Assembly: GCA_963665235.2 (NCBI GenBank)
Contig: CAXXLX010000001.1
Coordinates: 3,520,001 to 3,584,000, forward strand
Source: Candidatus Poribacteria bacterium
GTDB taxonomy: Bacteria; Poribacteria; WGA-4E; WGA-3G
Direction of reading: 5' to 3'
Length of the DNA: 64,000 nt
Of this stretch, positions 1-10,120 are shown piece by piece. Each line of letters starts with the position of its first letter. Position 1 is the first letter of the stretch. The notes beneath the pieces were generated by a model. The model was not told the DNA's origin and did no database searches. It saw only the letters and a program-made list of their open reading frames with translations. Both the position numbers and the translations under genes were made by a program.

Positions 1-564
1 CCGGTCGCTGCTGAATTGGAGCCAGCGATGATTGCGGGTGTCCACTACGGACACCTCGCCGTTCCGCCCGATACCGATGCCTTCTGGGGCATCTAACTGA
101 AACGAAACGGGTGCAGTTGTTGTGAGCAGGTAAAAGATGCGGTTCACTATATTGCAGAACTGCACGCGATTGTTGCCTGTATCTGCCACGTAGAGCAGGT
201 AGTTCCGTTCAAAGCTGAGTGCTACGTCGGTAGGGAAATCGAATTGTCCTTCACGCCACCCGCGGCTTCCGAATTCGGTGACGAAGTGTCCATCGCTGTC
301 GATAACTTGCACGCGGTTGTTTCCAGCGTCCGCGATGTAAAGTTGTCCGTGGTCATCAACGACTAGCCCGGCAGGTTTGTGGAATTCTCCTGCGCCTTGT
401 CCCGCTCTGCCGAGCGTTTTGACGTAGTTGATGCCCAATATAGGTGGCGATTTCCGTTCCCGAATTGAGGGCACGATATCTACAGTCGGAATCCCTTGGG
501 ATGGCGATGTGCCTGCATCGTTTGGAGTAGGCACGGTGCAGCTCAGCCAGCAGAGAAAGGACAT
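1..564 (-). CDS. NHL-repeat (beta-propeller) protein, runs off window start; start uncertain (in-frame ATG also at 630)
   Basis: Manual translation gives GQGAGEFHKPAGLVVDDHGQLYIADAGNNRVQVID and GQFDFPTDVAL...YVADTGNNRVQ, which are typical NHL repeats; not in the ORF track because it is truncated. Confidence 0.8.
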   Translation of the reverse strand, partial: MSFLCWLSCTVPTPNDAGTSPSQGIPTVDIVPSIRERKSPPILGINYVKTLGRAGQGAGEFHKPAGLVVDDHGQLYIADAGNNRVQVIDSDGHFVTEFGSRGWREGQFDFPTDVALSFERNYLLYVADTGNNRVQFCNIVNRIFYLLTTTAPVSFQLDAPEGIGIGRNGEVSVVDTRNHRWLQFSSDR

Positions 565-580
565 CGTTATGAGGACAAGA

Positions 581-1240
581 TTAACCGCGCTGTACCCTGA
601 ATTTGAAGACGAATGTCGTTTGCTGGTCATTGAATTCACTCGTTACGCCGGGGATAATAATCCGCAAATTCTTGGACTTGGTGCTCCGTTTTCGGAAATA
701 GAGGTAAAATGTTGCCTGTCTCATCGGCATAACGGTCGTTTTCTCCGAATCCGCCGTCGGAAGGGCAGCTGCGTCGCCCTGGACCCGGATTGTTTTGTCC
801 CATCGAAAGACATCCGCAGCGAATTCTGGTGGCAATTTCGGTTTATAGTTCTTCTTGAAGTAGAAGGATTCCTGCGATTTATCTAACGGCTTTATGATGT
901 TTTTCGCCTGATCAAGCATCCGGCATTCGTTCTTTTTGAAGGATATCCAGTGGGCCGTTTTGTTGTGAAGCAGGATAGCGAACGCGTCCACATTTTTCTC
1001 ATCGTTGAGAGGGACCGCCATGGCGACTATGCCGTTTTTCACATAGATAACGGTGCCTGTTCGTGGCATAATGGTGGCATCCGGATCGAAAACGGGCACT
1101 ATCAGCTCCGGTTTGAGCACATCTGTAACCACATTCTTAACCTTCGTACACCCGGTCAGAAATAGGGTTAAAGCTAAAATCAGTGAAAGTAGTTTGTAGG
1201 TCGGGTTAGCCGACATTTGAAAAGTTAGTAAGTTTTTCAT
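581..1240 (-). CDS. Hypothetical lipoprotein
   Basis: Hydrophobic stretch ending in a LTGC lipobox; ATG at 1240 preferred over the ORF-track start at 1348, which overlaps the upstream gene. Confidence 0.65.
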   Translation of the reverse strand: MKNLLTFQMSANPTYKLLSLILALTLFLTGCTKVKNVVTDVLKPELIVPVFDPDATIMPRTGTVIYVKNGIVAMAVPLNDEKNVDAFAILLHNKTAHWISFKKNECRMLDQAKNIIKPLDKSQESFYFKKNYKPKLPPEFAADVFRWDKTIRVQGDAAALPTADSEKTTVMPMRQATFYLYFRKRSTKSKNLRIIIPGVTSEFNDQQTTFVFKFRVQRG

Positions 1241-1280
1241 AATATTTCGTAGGTCAGGTTGCTGGCAGTTAAACCGGACA

Positions 1281-2240
1281 TCAGTTGAACTGTGCGAGCG
1301 TCGCTGCTCCAACAAATCCGGCATCTGTGCCCAATTGTGCTGGAACAATCTCCATAGTGCCCGGTATATCTATTGCGCGTTTTCTAAACTCGGCGCGAAT
1401 ATGTTGAAAGAGCAGGTCTTCCCCTGCGGCGGCGATGCCGCCGCCAATAATGGCAATTTGTGGGTTAAGAATATGTGCAATTGATGTTAGTGCAATCCCG
1501 ATGTATCTCCCTGTTTCTGCAAAGATGTCCCGTGCAAGTTTGTCCCCTGCAGTAGCGGCTTCCGCTATCTGCTTCGGTGTCAAGTTTTCTGAATTTAAAG
1601 AGGTTTGTAGGTTTTCTTCTGTTATTTTTTGTAACGTTCGTTCAACGATATGCTGTGCGCCGGCGTAAGCTTCAAGGCATCCCTGGTTTCCACAACCGCA
1701 CTGCCGTCCGGTGGGTTCAACGATGGCGTGTCCAACTTCACCGGCTGCGTGCCTGCTGCCGTGGTAGACCTCCCTGTTTATGACAATGCCGCCGCCGACC
1801 CCTGTTCCAAGCGTGAGGGTGACAAGGTTTTCGTAGCCTCTCCCCGCGCCGTGATGAAGTTCGCCTAACGCCATGACATTTACATCGTTGTCAATAAAGA
1901 GTGGCACCCCCTCTAAATCGGTAAGTGCTGAAGAGAGATATGCTAGAAGCGGAATTTCGTGCCACCCGGGAAAATTCGGTGAAAAATGGACGATACCGTC
2001 CTCCGGAATGACAAGCCCCGGGGCTCCTAGGCCGATTCCGATAAGCTTCGCCTGAATTTCTTCACCGCCTGCCTCCGTGATGATTTGGCGAATAATCTTT
2101 GCAATACGTGTCGCAACCGCCTTCGGGCCTTCATTTGCACGGGTTGAAGACTGCAAACGGGACACAAGTGTCCCATCTGTTGAGACTAATCCCGCTTTGA
2201 TGTCGGTTCCACCGAGGTCTATCCCAATACTATATTTCAT
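1281..2240 (-). CDS. ROK family sugar kinase (glucokinase-like)
   Basis: GIDLGGT, NDVN, LGTGVGGG, AGEVGH and CGCGNQGCLE ROK motifs; start MKYSIG at 2240. Confidence 0.92.
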   Translation of the reverse strand: MKYSIGIDLGGTDIKAGLVSTDGTLVSRLQSSTRANEGPKAVATRIAKIIRQIITEAGGEEIQAKLIGIGLGAPGLVIPEDGIVHFSPNFPGWHEIPLLAYLSSALTDLEGVPLFIDNDVNVMALGELHHGAGRGYENLVTLTLGTGVGGGIVINREVYHGSRHAAGEVGHAIVEPTGRQCGCGNQGCLEAYAGAQHIVERTLQKITEENLQTSLNSENLTPKQIAEAATAGDKLARDIFAETGRYIGIALTSIAHILNPQIAIIGGGIAAAGEDLLFQHIRAEFRKRAIDIPGTMEIVPAQLGTDAGFVGAATLAQFN

Positions 2241-2244
2241 CGCC

Positions 2245-3483
2245 TTACCATTGAATACGTGCGCCGTCCCCAACGTTACAGAAATAGATGTCGGGTTTGA
2301 TGCCTGTGTTTTGTGTGTATTCTGTCGTAATCTGTTCACGAAACGGCTCTGTTGCCGCTTCACGGACGATGTTGACTGTACATCCCCCGAACCCTGCCCC
2401 GGTCATTCGCGCACCGATGACTCCATCGATGCTTTGGGCAATATCGGTTAGCAGGTTGAGTTCGTCACAACTGACTTCGTAAGCGTCGCGTAAACCTATA
2501 TGTGAGGCATTCATAAGCCTGCCAAATGTTTCAATGTCCCCTGATGTGAGGGCATGAACTGCGTTTTGGACCCGTTCATTCTCTTCAATCACGTACCTAC
2601 ACCTCTTTTGTGTATTCTCAGGCAGTTTTTCTTCATATTTTTTGAAGTCGGTTATTGCGACATCCCGAAGTGAGGTGATAGCGGGTATCTGTTTTTTGAG
2701 AATCTCAACGCCGTTTTCGCATTCGGCACGACGCTGATTATAGGCTGAAGCGGCAAGTTCACGTTTGACGTTGGTGTTGCAGATAACGAGCTGGGCATCG
2801 CCTAACTCAAGGGGGACATGCTTGTACTCCAGAGAACGACAATCCAAAAATAGGGCGTGGTTCGCCTTTCCTAACAACGATATGGTCTGATCCATTATGC
2901 CGCAGTTGACTCCAACATATTCGCTTTCTACCCGTTGGCATAACAGTGCGACCTCTATGGGGGGCAGGTCGATTACCGCAGCCCCGGAGGCGGGGTTTCT
3001 ACTAGGTAACCTCGCTATCTCTAAATCACATGTACCTAAAAAGGCAAGGGTGGCAGCGACGGAAAGTGCCGCTGAAGAACTGAGTCCAGCACCGAGTGGG
3101 ACGTTACCGGTAATGACCGCAGACATGCCGCCTAATGTGTAACCCGCTGGTTGCAACACCTGCTCCTGCAAGAGGTGTGAAACCCCTTTCAGATACCTGC
3201 TCCACGCGGGCAATCCGTTATCGTGTGTGTCCAAGCTGAAAGTGCACGATTCATTTAGGTCTAAGGCGTGAAGATGGACTTGCCGGTCGGTACGCTTACT
3301 TGCGGCGATGCGGATATATCTATCAATTGCGGCGGGGAACACATATCCTTCGTTGTAGTCGGTGTGTTCGCCGATGAGGTTGACTCTGCCGGGCGCGGAA
3401 ACGGTGAACGTTGGCGGATGACCGAAACGGTCACGAAATTCCTGTGCCAATTCATTGCTATAGGTGCGTTCGTTCTGTTTCAT
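2245..3483 (-). CDS. galK: Galactokinase
   Basis: APGRVNLIGEHTDYN, GAGLSSSA, CGIMDQ and GARMTGAGFGGC motifs; GAGG RBS before MKQNER. Confidence 0.95.
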   Translation of the reverse strand: MKQNERTYSNELAQEFRDRFGHPPTFTVSAPGRVNLIGEHTDYNEGYVFPAAIDRYIRIAASKRTDRQVHLHALDLNESCTFSLDTHDNGLPAWSRYLKGVSHLLQEQVLQPAGYTLGGMSAVITGNVPLGAGLSSSAALSVAATLAFLGTCDLEIARLPSRNPASGAAVIDLPPIEVALLCQRVESEYVGVNCGIMDQTISLLGKANHALFLDCRSLEYKHVPLELGDAQLVICNTNVKRELAASAYNQRRAECENGVEILKKQIPAITSLRDVAITDFKKYEEKLPENTQKRCRYVIEENERVQNAVHALTSGDIETFGRLMNASHIGLRDAYEVSCDELNLLTDIAQSIDGVIGARMTGAGFGGCTVNIVREAATEPFREQITTEYTQNTGIKPDIYFCNVGDGARIQW

Positions 3484-3509
3484 CCGATTACCTCTCCTGC
3501 GTTGTTTAT

Positions 3510-4289
3510 TCAGGTGGGTGCAAAGAATTTTAGCAGCGTCTCCAGTGTGGTACGGAGTTCCATTCGTGGGATATAGCAATCAACGTTAATATCCGGAAGG
3601 TGCAGGGTGTTGTCGTCGTGCTTCTCTTGTAGAATTTGCTCCTCCGGGGCATGCGGTGCAGGTTGCAGGTGTTGTCGGGGCGGTTTTTCCGGAGGTGCTG
3701 CGCACTCAACGATAACTATTTCGCCTATGGGAAACCACCGATGCACGGTAAGCGGTGCCCCTTCTGCCTCTGTCAAAACGGTCAGGTACGGGAGCGATGC
3801 TGCTGCCAATTGTTCCAACTGCAAAAGCATCTTTGTGATTTCAGAAAAACGGGGTTTCTGAGTTTCCTCCGTAGGACGTGCAGCAAAAATAGACAGTAAC
3901 GGCCTTGATTGTTCCAACGCATCCGCTATTGCTGCGGAAAAAACAGACTCAGCTAGCTGGCACAGTGAGGTGTCTGCTGCCTGAGAAAAATCGGGAGCGA
4001 CGATAAATAGACTGACCGGGTACCCAGAAATTTTCGAGTGAACAGCGATAGCCGTACTTACCCCGTGTTCGCTTTGGCTTCTAGCTAATATTAACGGGTC
4101 ATCTTCGGCGGTATCCGTAAGGAGTTTCAGCCGGTTTTCGACCGATAACGGGAACAGTGCGCCACAGTGTGGACAAATATGCCCGTTGCGTTCTAGTTCT
4201 CCCTGGAAAGCTACTTCGTTGCAGTGCTCACATTTGTGCCATAAGTTGATGCTTTGCTCAGCGATTTCGGTGTGTGGCAGGGTACGCAT
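3510..4289 (-). CDS. AccD-like protein: acetyl-CoA carboxylase beta-type zinc ribbon with a divergent carboxyltransferase-like remainder
   Basis: WHKCEHC..ELERN.HICPHCG...RL matches the AccD N-terminal zinc finger; no GGSMG or SGGARMQE motifs. Confidence 0.55.
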   Translation of the reverse strand: MRTLPHTEIAEQSINLWHKCEHCNEVAFQGELERNGHICPHCGALFPLSVENRLKLLTDTAEDDPLILARSQSEHGVSTAIAVHSKISGYPVSLFIVAPDFSQAADTSLCQLAESVFSAAIADALEQSRPLLSIFAARPTEETQKPRFSEITKMLLQLEQLAAASLPYLTVLTEAEGAPLTVHRWFPIGEIVIVECAAPPEKPPRQHLQPAPHAPEEQILQEKHDDNTLHLPDINVDCYIPRMELRTTLETLLKFFAPT

Positions 4290-4315
4290 AATCTGATTTC
4301 CTATTAATACCGTTA

Positions 4316-4660
4316 TTAGAGAAAGCTGGCTATTGCGTCTGCCTCAGTCTCGTATCGGTCAAATATCGTCACGAGTTTTGCCATAACGATGAGACTTCTG
4401 ATGTTTCCACCAATATTGAGGAGAACGACCCTTCCATTCGTGCGTTGGATAGAGGTATAGGCGGCGACGACAACGCCTAAGCCGGAACTATCCATCACTT
4501 GGACCCGTTCCATGTTTAGAACCATGAAGACGGGTTTGCCTTCTGCTGCCTCAACGTGTTCATCAATAATCTCTTTCAGCTTTATTGCATTACGTCCAAT
4601 CAGATTCCCCTCAATATCTAAAATCGTAACGCTTCCTTTGTGTCTTAGGTTGACTTGCAT
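4316..4660 (-). CDS. STAS-domain anti-sigma factor antagonist
   Basis: MDSSGLG phosphorylation motif; AAGGAG RBS. Confidence 0.9.
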   Translation of the reverse strand: MQVNLRHKGSVTILDIEGNLIGRNAIKLKEIIDEHVEAAEGKPVFMVLNMERVQVMDSSGLGVVVAAYTSIQRTNGRVVLLNIGGNIRSLIVMAKLVTIFDRYETEADAIASFL

Positions 4661-4871
4661 AGATACTATTATTACTCCTTTAAAGCTGTGCATTTCTAGG
4701 AAGCTCTCTAGAAATCTAGCTTCTGAATTCTTGTTTGCGCTACCTTTGCTGCCAAGCTGCCGTGGCTTTACAAGGTATGCCTTAGGTGTTCCATCTCTGT
4801 CTTGCTTAACCTACCTGGTTAGGAAACCGCATTTGCATGCGGGTGCCAAATCTTCGCCAGGCGTTAGTACA

Positions 4872-4900
4872 AGTGTACCATATAACGATTGGAACGTCAA
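4872..4900 (-). promoter_or_regulatory. sigma70-type promoter of the STAS gene
   Basis: TTGACG-N17-TACACT with TG extension on the minus strand. Confidence 0.55.
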
Positions 4901-5030
4901 GAAAAGTCCGCATAATTGACTGATTTGCGAAGCAGAATGAAAGTTAAAACGCTAAAGTGGGCATAAAACACAAGTCTTTAGAGTTCGTTGACACAATAAG
5001 TCCCGACTTAAAGACATAGCGTAAGCTGCT

Positions 5031-5330
5031 TCAGTCCTGTCTGCTCCGTTTTGCAGGGGGTGGAGGCAGATCTATATATACCCTACCTTGGGCTCTACGC
5101 TCTTTCTCTCTTGCCTTCACATAGTCGTAAAGTTCCTCTATAGAATTAAATTGGGCAGCAAACTCTGCTTTCATTCGATAGCATTCTTCAAGGATAGGAT
5201 CTGTCTGCGGTTCAACGTGCTCTTTCATGTGTATCTCCTCAATTAACACCGTGGGTGTACAGAGAGTTGTCGGTTGGTATCCAGCGGCTAGGCAAACGTC
5301 AGTGATATGCTGCCGCTTGGTTTCATTAAC
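5031..5330 (-). pseudogene. Remnant of a PIN/VapC-type toxin C-terminus in frame with a small antitoxin-like ORF (MKEHVEPQTDPILEECYRMK...)
   Basis: The frame upstream of ORF 5031-5249 reads IVNETKRQHITDVCLAAGYQPTTLCTP, resembling a PIN-toxin C-terminus; it is preceded by a stop and has no N-terminal half. Confidence 0.45.
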
Positions 5331-5405
5331 AATAAAACAGAGGCCTCAGAAGAACAGCGCATGTGCTCCTAGTAGAAGTGCTAACGTCTTCTATCTATAG
5401 GTGGT

Positions 5406-5834
5406 TTACACATCTGGACTTTGCTTATATTTCACCATTTTGACGACGGTGCCCCCTTCTTCGTATGTCACTGAGTCCATACAGTTTTCCATTAGGAAAA
5501 GGCCCCTGCCGCTGTCTTTGAGCAGATTTTCAGGTTCAAGCGGATCGGCGACATCTTCGCGTCGGAACCCGGGCCCCTCATCCTTAATAACGATAGTGAG
5601 TTTCTCCTCATCAATAAAAAACTCAATTGTGGCGGTCTTTGTAGGGTCCTCTTTATTTCCGTGTTTAATTGCGTTTGTCCCCGCTTCAATGACAGCCAAG
5701 TTCACTTGTTCCTGTGTTTCATCATCAAAATTCATCTGTTCCAAAAGATCATTGATGATGGTATCAATTAGAAATATGAACTGCATTGAGCTTGGGAGAG
5801 AAAGGGAAATTCTCCATTGCATTTTCTCGCCCAC
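5406..5834 (-). CDS. RsbW/SpoIIAB-like anti-sigma factor Ser/Thr kinase
   Basis: EAGTNAIKHG, DEGPGF and SGRGLFLM HATPase_c_2 motifs. Confidence 0.92.
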   Translation of the reverse strand: MGEKMQWRISLSLPSSMQFIFLIDTIINDLLEQMNFDDETQEQVNLAVIEAGTNAIKHGNKEDPTKTATIEFFIDEEKLTIVIKDEGPGFRREDVADPLEPENLLKDSGRGLFLMENCMDSVTYEEGGTVVKMVKYKQSPDV

Positions 5835-5931
5835 GTGTTAAGCTCCTTCCTTTTACAAGTTGTTAGACAGACGTGGATTCCGGGGGAGCAATATAAGATG
5901 CGTTATTCCGTTGCTCCGGTTTTTCTGTTAA

Positions 5932-7167
5932 CTATTCCAGGTCTGTGCGCTTAATTACAACTATTGCGCGGTCATCGTTTAGCTGTGCTTTTCCGCTAAA
6001 TTCTATGAGTTCTGCTTCGAGATTATCACAGAAGGTTTCCGCTGGCCGCGTTAGATTTCTTAAGAGGCAGTCAATCAGGCGTTCTTCACCGTAGAAGTCT
6101 CCGGGGGTTTGCCTCTCTGTTTCGGTCACGCCATCAGTATAAAGTAAAAGCATATCTCCTGGGGCGAGTTGAGAGGTTCCCGTAGAAAAGGTTGCGCTAT
6201 CAAACGCGCCTAGCAACATGCCCCCTATTTGAAGTAATTCGATCTGTGTAGTGTTTTCAGCGGTTGTAGTCTCTTCAGAATTCGCTGGTGTTTTTATGTA
6301 GTGAATCGGTGGACAGTGTCCCCCGTTAGCATAAGTAAACATTCCTGTATCTATTGACAGGATACCGTATACCATTGTAGCAAATTGTTCGGGGTCGGTG
6401 TTGTGGAAAAGTAGGGTGTTAATGCTTTTTAGGACTGTCGCGGGGCATTCAGTGTCCTCGTTGCTGAGTAGTCGGGAGGCTGTCTGTATCATGACCATCA
6501 AAAGGGCTGCAGGAATGCCGTGTCCCCTTACGTCTCCGAGTACAATGCCAAGTTGTGTGTCACTGAGGGGAATAAAATCGTAGAAATCGCCAGAGACGGC
6601 TGTTGAACTTCGGAATCTTGTTGCAAACTCGTACCCTGGGAGTCTCGGCGAAGTTTCTGGTAGCAGTTTGCGTTGGATCGTTGCAGCCGCTTGGAGGTCT
6701 GACCCCAGTTCAGCGACCCCTTCTTCACTGAACCCGTCTCCCATGGCGTTGATTAGCGGGTTAATGTATTTCACTATCCGGGTACGGCCGAGGACTGCGT
6801 TAATTCTCGCTGTCACCTCTCTTAAGTCAAAAGGTTTGGTAATATAATCGTCCCCGCCACTTGCTAATCCGTGGAGTTTGTCCTCTGTCTGTGAACGTGC
6901 TGTTAGCCATAGTACCGGAATCGCCTGCGTTTCGGTGTCCGCCTTCAGATGCTTGATGACCTCTAAACCGTCCATGTGTGGCATCATGACATCAAGTAGA
7001 ATCAGGTCAGGTTGTTCTGCATTGGCGCGTTTAAGCCCGCTGAGTCCATCTTCAGCAGTGATTACATGGAATCCATCCGCTGTGAGGCTCATTTCAAGCA
7101 GTGCCAGGATATCAAGGTCATCATCAATGACTAAGATAGTTTCAGTTTCTGAAATAGTTTCATGCAT
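5932..7167 (-). CDS. Response-regulator receiver fused to a PP2C/SpoIIE phosphatase (RsbU/RsbY-like)
   Basis: N-terminal LVIDDD..LLDVMMP..KPF receiver; SGDFYD, GDVRGHG, YTDGVTE and DDRA PP2C motifs. Confidence 0.92.
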   Translation of the reverse strand: MHETISETETILVIDDDLDILALLEMSLTADGFHVITAEDGLSGLKRANAEQPDLILLDVMMPHMDGLEVIKHLKADTETQAIPVLWLTARSQTEDKLHGLASGGDDYITKPFDLREVTARINAVLGRTRIVKYINPLINAMGDGFSEEGVAELGSDLQAAATIQRKLLPETSPRLPGYEFATRFRSSTAVSGDFYDFIPLSDTQLGIVLGDVRGHGIPAALLMVMIQTASRLLSNEDTECPATVLKSINTLLFHNTDPEQFATMVYGILSIDTGMFTYANGGHCPPIHYIKTPANSEETTTAENTTQIELLQIGGMLLGAFDSATFSTGTSQLAPGDMLLLYTDGVTETERQTPGDFYGEERLIDCLLRNLTRPAETFCDNLEAELIEFSGKAQLNDDRAIVVIKRTDLE

Positions 7168-7191
7168 ATCTTCTGTTCAACCTTTTCTCTG

Positions 7192-9702
7192 TTATTCGTC
7201 AGTCAAGTTATACGGGAGCCAGATTTGAAAGTTACACCCTTTCCCATTTTCACCAGCGTCGACCCATATTTTTCCGTGATGTGCCTCAACAAATCCCCTG
7301 GCAATTGAGAGTCCCAATCCGGTGCCCCCTTGTTGCCGAGTTTGCACATTACTGAGCTGCTTAAATTTGTCAAAGACCATCTCACGTTCTTGGATGGGAA
7401 TACCGGGTCCCGTGTCGATCACTTCGGTATAGATGCCCTCCGCTCCGTTCATCGTGTCAGCCGGTGTATCGCCTATCGGCCAACGCCTCCTAGACAGTCG
7501 GACAATGACTTCCCCGTTAGGCGGGGTGAATTTGATAGCATTTCCGAGCAGGTTCGTAAAAACCTGCCCAAGATGTTCTGCATCTCCCGTGAGAGATGGT
7601 AAATCGGTTTGAACGTCCAGTACTAATTTAATCTCTTTTTCATCGGCAGGTGGCCGGAGTTCCTCTAAGCGTTGTTGCGCGATGTCAACAAGATTTACCT
7701 GTTGTAGTTTCATCTGAATGCGTCCGGCTTCAATACGGGAAACGTCAAGCAGGTCATTAATCAGTTCAGCGAGCCGTTGAGACTGCCGGTGTGCACGTGT
7801 CAGGCTTTTTTGCTGTCCATCGTTAAGTGGGCCGGTTTTGCCTTCAAGTACTAACGAGATAAACCCGATGATTGATGTCAACGGTGTGCGCAATTCGTGG
7901 GAAACGAGTGAGACAAAGTCCGATTTCATTCTGTCTATTTCATGTTCGCGCGTTATATCGTCAAAAACGTAGACCGTGCCCCCTATGTGTTCATCGGTTT
8001 CTGATGCGGTATTACCCTTTACCGAGGAAAATTGACTTGCTACAACCCGAAGGACGCGGTTAGCTCCATCTTGGTCAAAATTGAGTTCAACGGTAACGCG
8101 TGCGTCTTTTCCTTGTGCGTCCGCTAAAACGGTCAGGTTTGTAGCACTCACCAACTCCGTAAAACGGGTTGGAAACGGTGACGTTGGGCTGTAGTTAAGC
8201 AGCCGTTTCGCGACAGGGTTGACATAAAGCAGGTTATCGTGAGTGTCAACGACAATCAGTCCTTCGCCAAGGTTGTCAACGATAGCTGTCATCTGTTGTT
8301 CCGCGTCGATGAGTTTTTCTACAGCGGTTTTCAGATTTTGCTGCATGTCGTTGAACTCTTGTGCCAGCATTCCGACTTCGTTTTTGCTGTTGACAGCAAT
8401 CTGCCCTCCGAATTTTTCGTCCACGGCCCTGTTTCGGAGAGATCGCATGTCCACTTTCTGGCTGCTTCCTGCTTCGGAATCAACCTGAATAACCTCTTTC
8501 GCTTCTCTCCCGATACGTTTGGCTGCATGTGTGAGTTGCATAATCGGCTGTGTAATTCGCTGGGCAACTATGTAGGCGAACGGCACAACGATAATACATG
8601 AAATAATGGTAACCCAAATAACGAACTGATTCAGTTTTGCGACCCCGGCGTACACCTGAGCGGTTGGGTACGCGATGAGAGCTATCCAATTGCTGAAGTT
8701 CTGTTCTGCTTTCCAAGGTTTAGGACGTTTGGTGCGTGCCCATCCATACACCCAGGTTGCCTCTCGGATACCGGTTTCGCCATGCGATTCATAACCGTGA
8801 TATTTTCCGGTTCGTCCGCGTTTTGCTTCAACAATTGCCGACATGGCAGCATTGCTCTTGACAATATCGTCGCCGATGCTATATCCACTTTTTGGCGATG
8901 CAGCTATGATTTTCCCTGAACCGCTCATTAAAACGATGCGGATATCAGATACGTCGGGTACCACTAAATCTGAAAGTTCCGGCAGATATACAACTGTCCT
9001 CAGGACACCGATAGCCTTTCGAGGCGATTCTATATCAAAAATCGGAATTGCAACCGGCAATAGGTGCCGCCTCCGTTTGGGATCGTACCGGATATCTTCA
9101 AGAACATCATACCCGAGCCCGCTGTTATATGCGTTTTGCCACCATGCCCTCTGCTTAACATTGTGTGGTCTAGCATTGTACGTATTGTAATCCAGTGCAA
9201 AAATATTTGAGCGAAGCACCTCCCCTTTCGCATTGGCAATTGTCACAACTCCTGCATACCTCTCAATCGCTCTGATGCTCGCTGCGAGGTCTCCCCAAAC
9301 CTGCATAAAAACAACTTTGCTGTTCTCAGCACTATGGGAACGTGCGACAGCGTAGCGGAGTCCGGGTACGTTGAGTTCAGTGCGAATTTGTGCTAATTTT
9401 CTCTCAATTGCCATGTCCGCGAGGTGCACTTTATCCTTTGCGGCGAGTACCCAGCTTTCAGCGATACTGTCTTTCAGGACGTTCTCGCTCAAGGTTTTCA
9501 GTATCATGGAGATGACAAATAATGGCACGAGCGAAACGGCCAGGAAGATAAGCACGTGTTGTGCCCGTAGACCCAATCTCATCCGAAATTTCGGGGTAGA
9601 TTTCTCGTCACGTTCGTTCTGTGCAGGCGCGGTTTGTTTGCGCGGGTCATCAGAATCATTTTGAATCTCTTGCTGAGAGGGGTTAGCTCTGTCAGGATGC
9701 AT
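7192..9702 (-). CDS. Membrane sensor histidine kinase (Cache-HAMP-PAS-HisKA-HATPase)
   Basis: Two TM helices, SHELRTPL H-box, NLLGNAIKF, DTGPGI and GTGLGL. Confidence 0.93.
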   Translation of the reverse strand: MHPDRANPSQQEIQNDSDDPRKQTAPAQNERDEKSTPKFRMRLGLRAQHVLIFLAVSLVPLFVISMILKTLSENVLKDSIAESWVLAAKDKVHLADMAIERKLAQIRTELNVPGLRYAVARSHSAENSKVVFMQVWGDLAASIRAIERYAGVVTIANAKGEVLRSNIFALDYNTYNARPHNVKQRAWWQNAYNSGLGYDVLEDIRYDPKRRRHLLPVAIPIFDIESPRKAIGVLRTVVYLPELSDLVVPDVSDIRIVLMSGSGKIIAASPKSGYSIGDDIVKSNAAMSAIVEAKRGRTGKYHGYESHGETGIREATWVYGWARTKRPKPWKAEQNFSNWIALIAYPTAQVYAGVAKLNQFVIWVTIISCIIVVPFAYIVAQRITQPIMQLTHAAKRIGREAKEVIQVDSEAGSSQKVDMRSLRNRAVDEKFGGQIAVNSKNEVGMLAQEFNDMQQNLKTAVEKLIDAEQQMTAIVDNLGEGLIVVDTHDNLLYVNPVAKRLLNYSPTSPFPTRFTELVSATNLTVLADAQGKDARVTVELNFDQDGANRVLRVVASQFSSVKGNTASETDEHIGGTVYVFDDITREHEIDRMKSDFVSLVSHELRTPLTSIIGFISLVLEGKTGPLNDGQQKSLTRAHRQSQRLAELINDLLDVSRIEAGRIQMKLQQVNLVDIAQQRLEELRPPADEKEIKLVLDVQTDLPSLTGDAEHLGQVFTNLLGNAIKFTPPNGEVIVRLSRRRWPIGDTPADTMNGAEGIYTEVIDTGPGIPIQEREMVFDKFKQLSNVQTRQQGGTGLGLSIARGFVEAHHGKIWVDAGENGKGCNFQIWLPYNLTDE

Positions 9703-9710
9703 CGCTTTTC

Positions 9711-10043
9711 CTAAAAGGCGTTTTGCGCATCCTCTTCGGTATCATATACCTCTAGAATTGTTGCAAGACGCGTAACTTCCAGTATGTTGCTGACCGCTTC
9801 TTGCGGGTTCAGCAAAACCAATTTCCCATCCGATTCTTGCAAAATTTGCATAGTTAGAATAATAACACCGAGTGCAGTACTGTCAACTAGCGGAACCCTC
9901 TTTAAATCGATAATGAGTTTGTGATTCCCATTTTGCAGTTGCTGTTCCATTTCCTCTCGGAACTGTGTCACGGTGTTTCCTATAATCTTTCCTTGCACGC
10001 GAACAATGGCGGTGTTTCGGGCACCTGGGGTAATATCAAACAT
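9711..10043 (-). CDS. STAS-domain anti-sigma factor antagonist
   Basis: VDSTALG motif, 110 aa. Confidence 0.88.
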   Translation of the reverse strand: MFDITPGARNTAIVRVQGKIIGNTVTQFREEMEQQLQNGNHKLIIDLKRVPLVDSTALGVIILTMQILQESDGKLVLLNPQEAVSNILEVTRLATILEVYDTEEDAQNAF

Positions 10044-10120
10044 TTCATAAATCTCCTTAGCCGGGCGTATCGCGCGTTCAAACGGGTATCTGCAAGTAGC
10101 AGGTAAACGTCACCGCTCCT

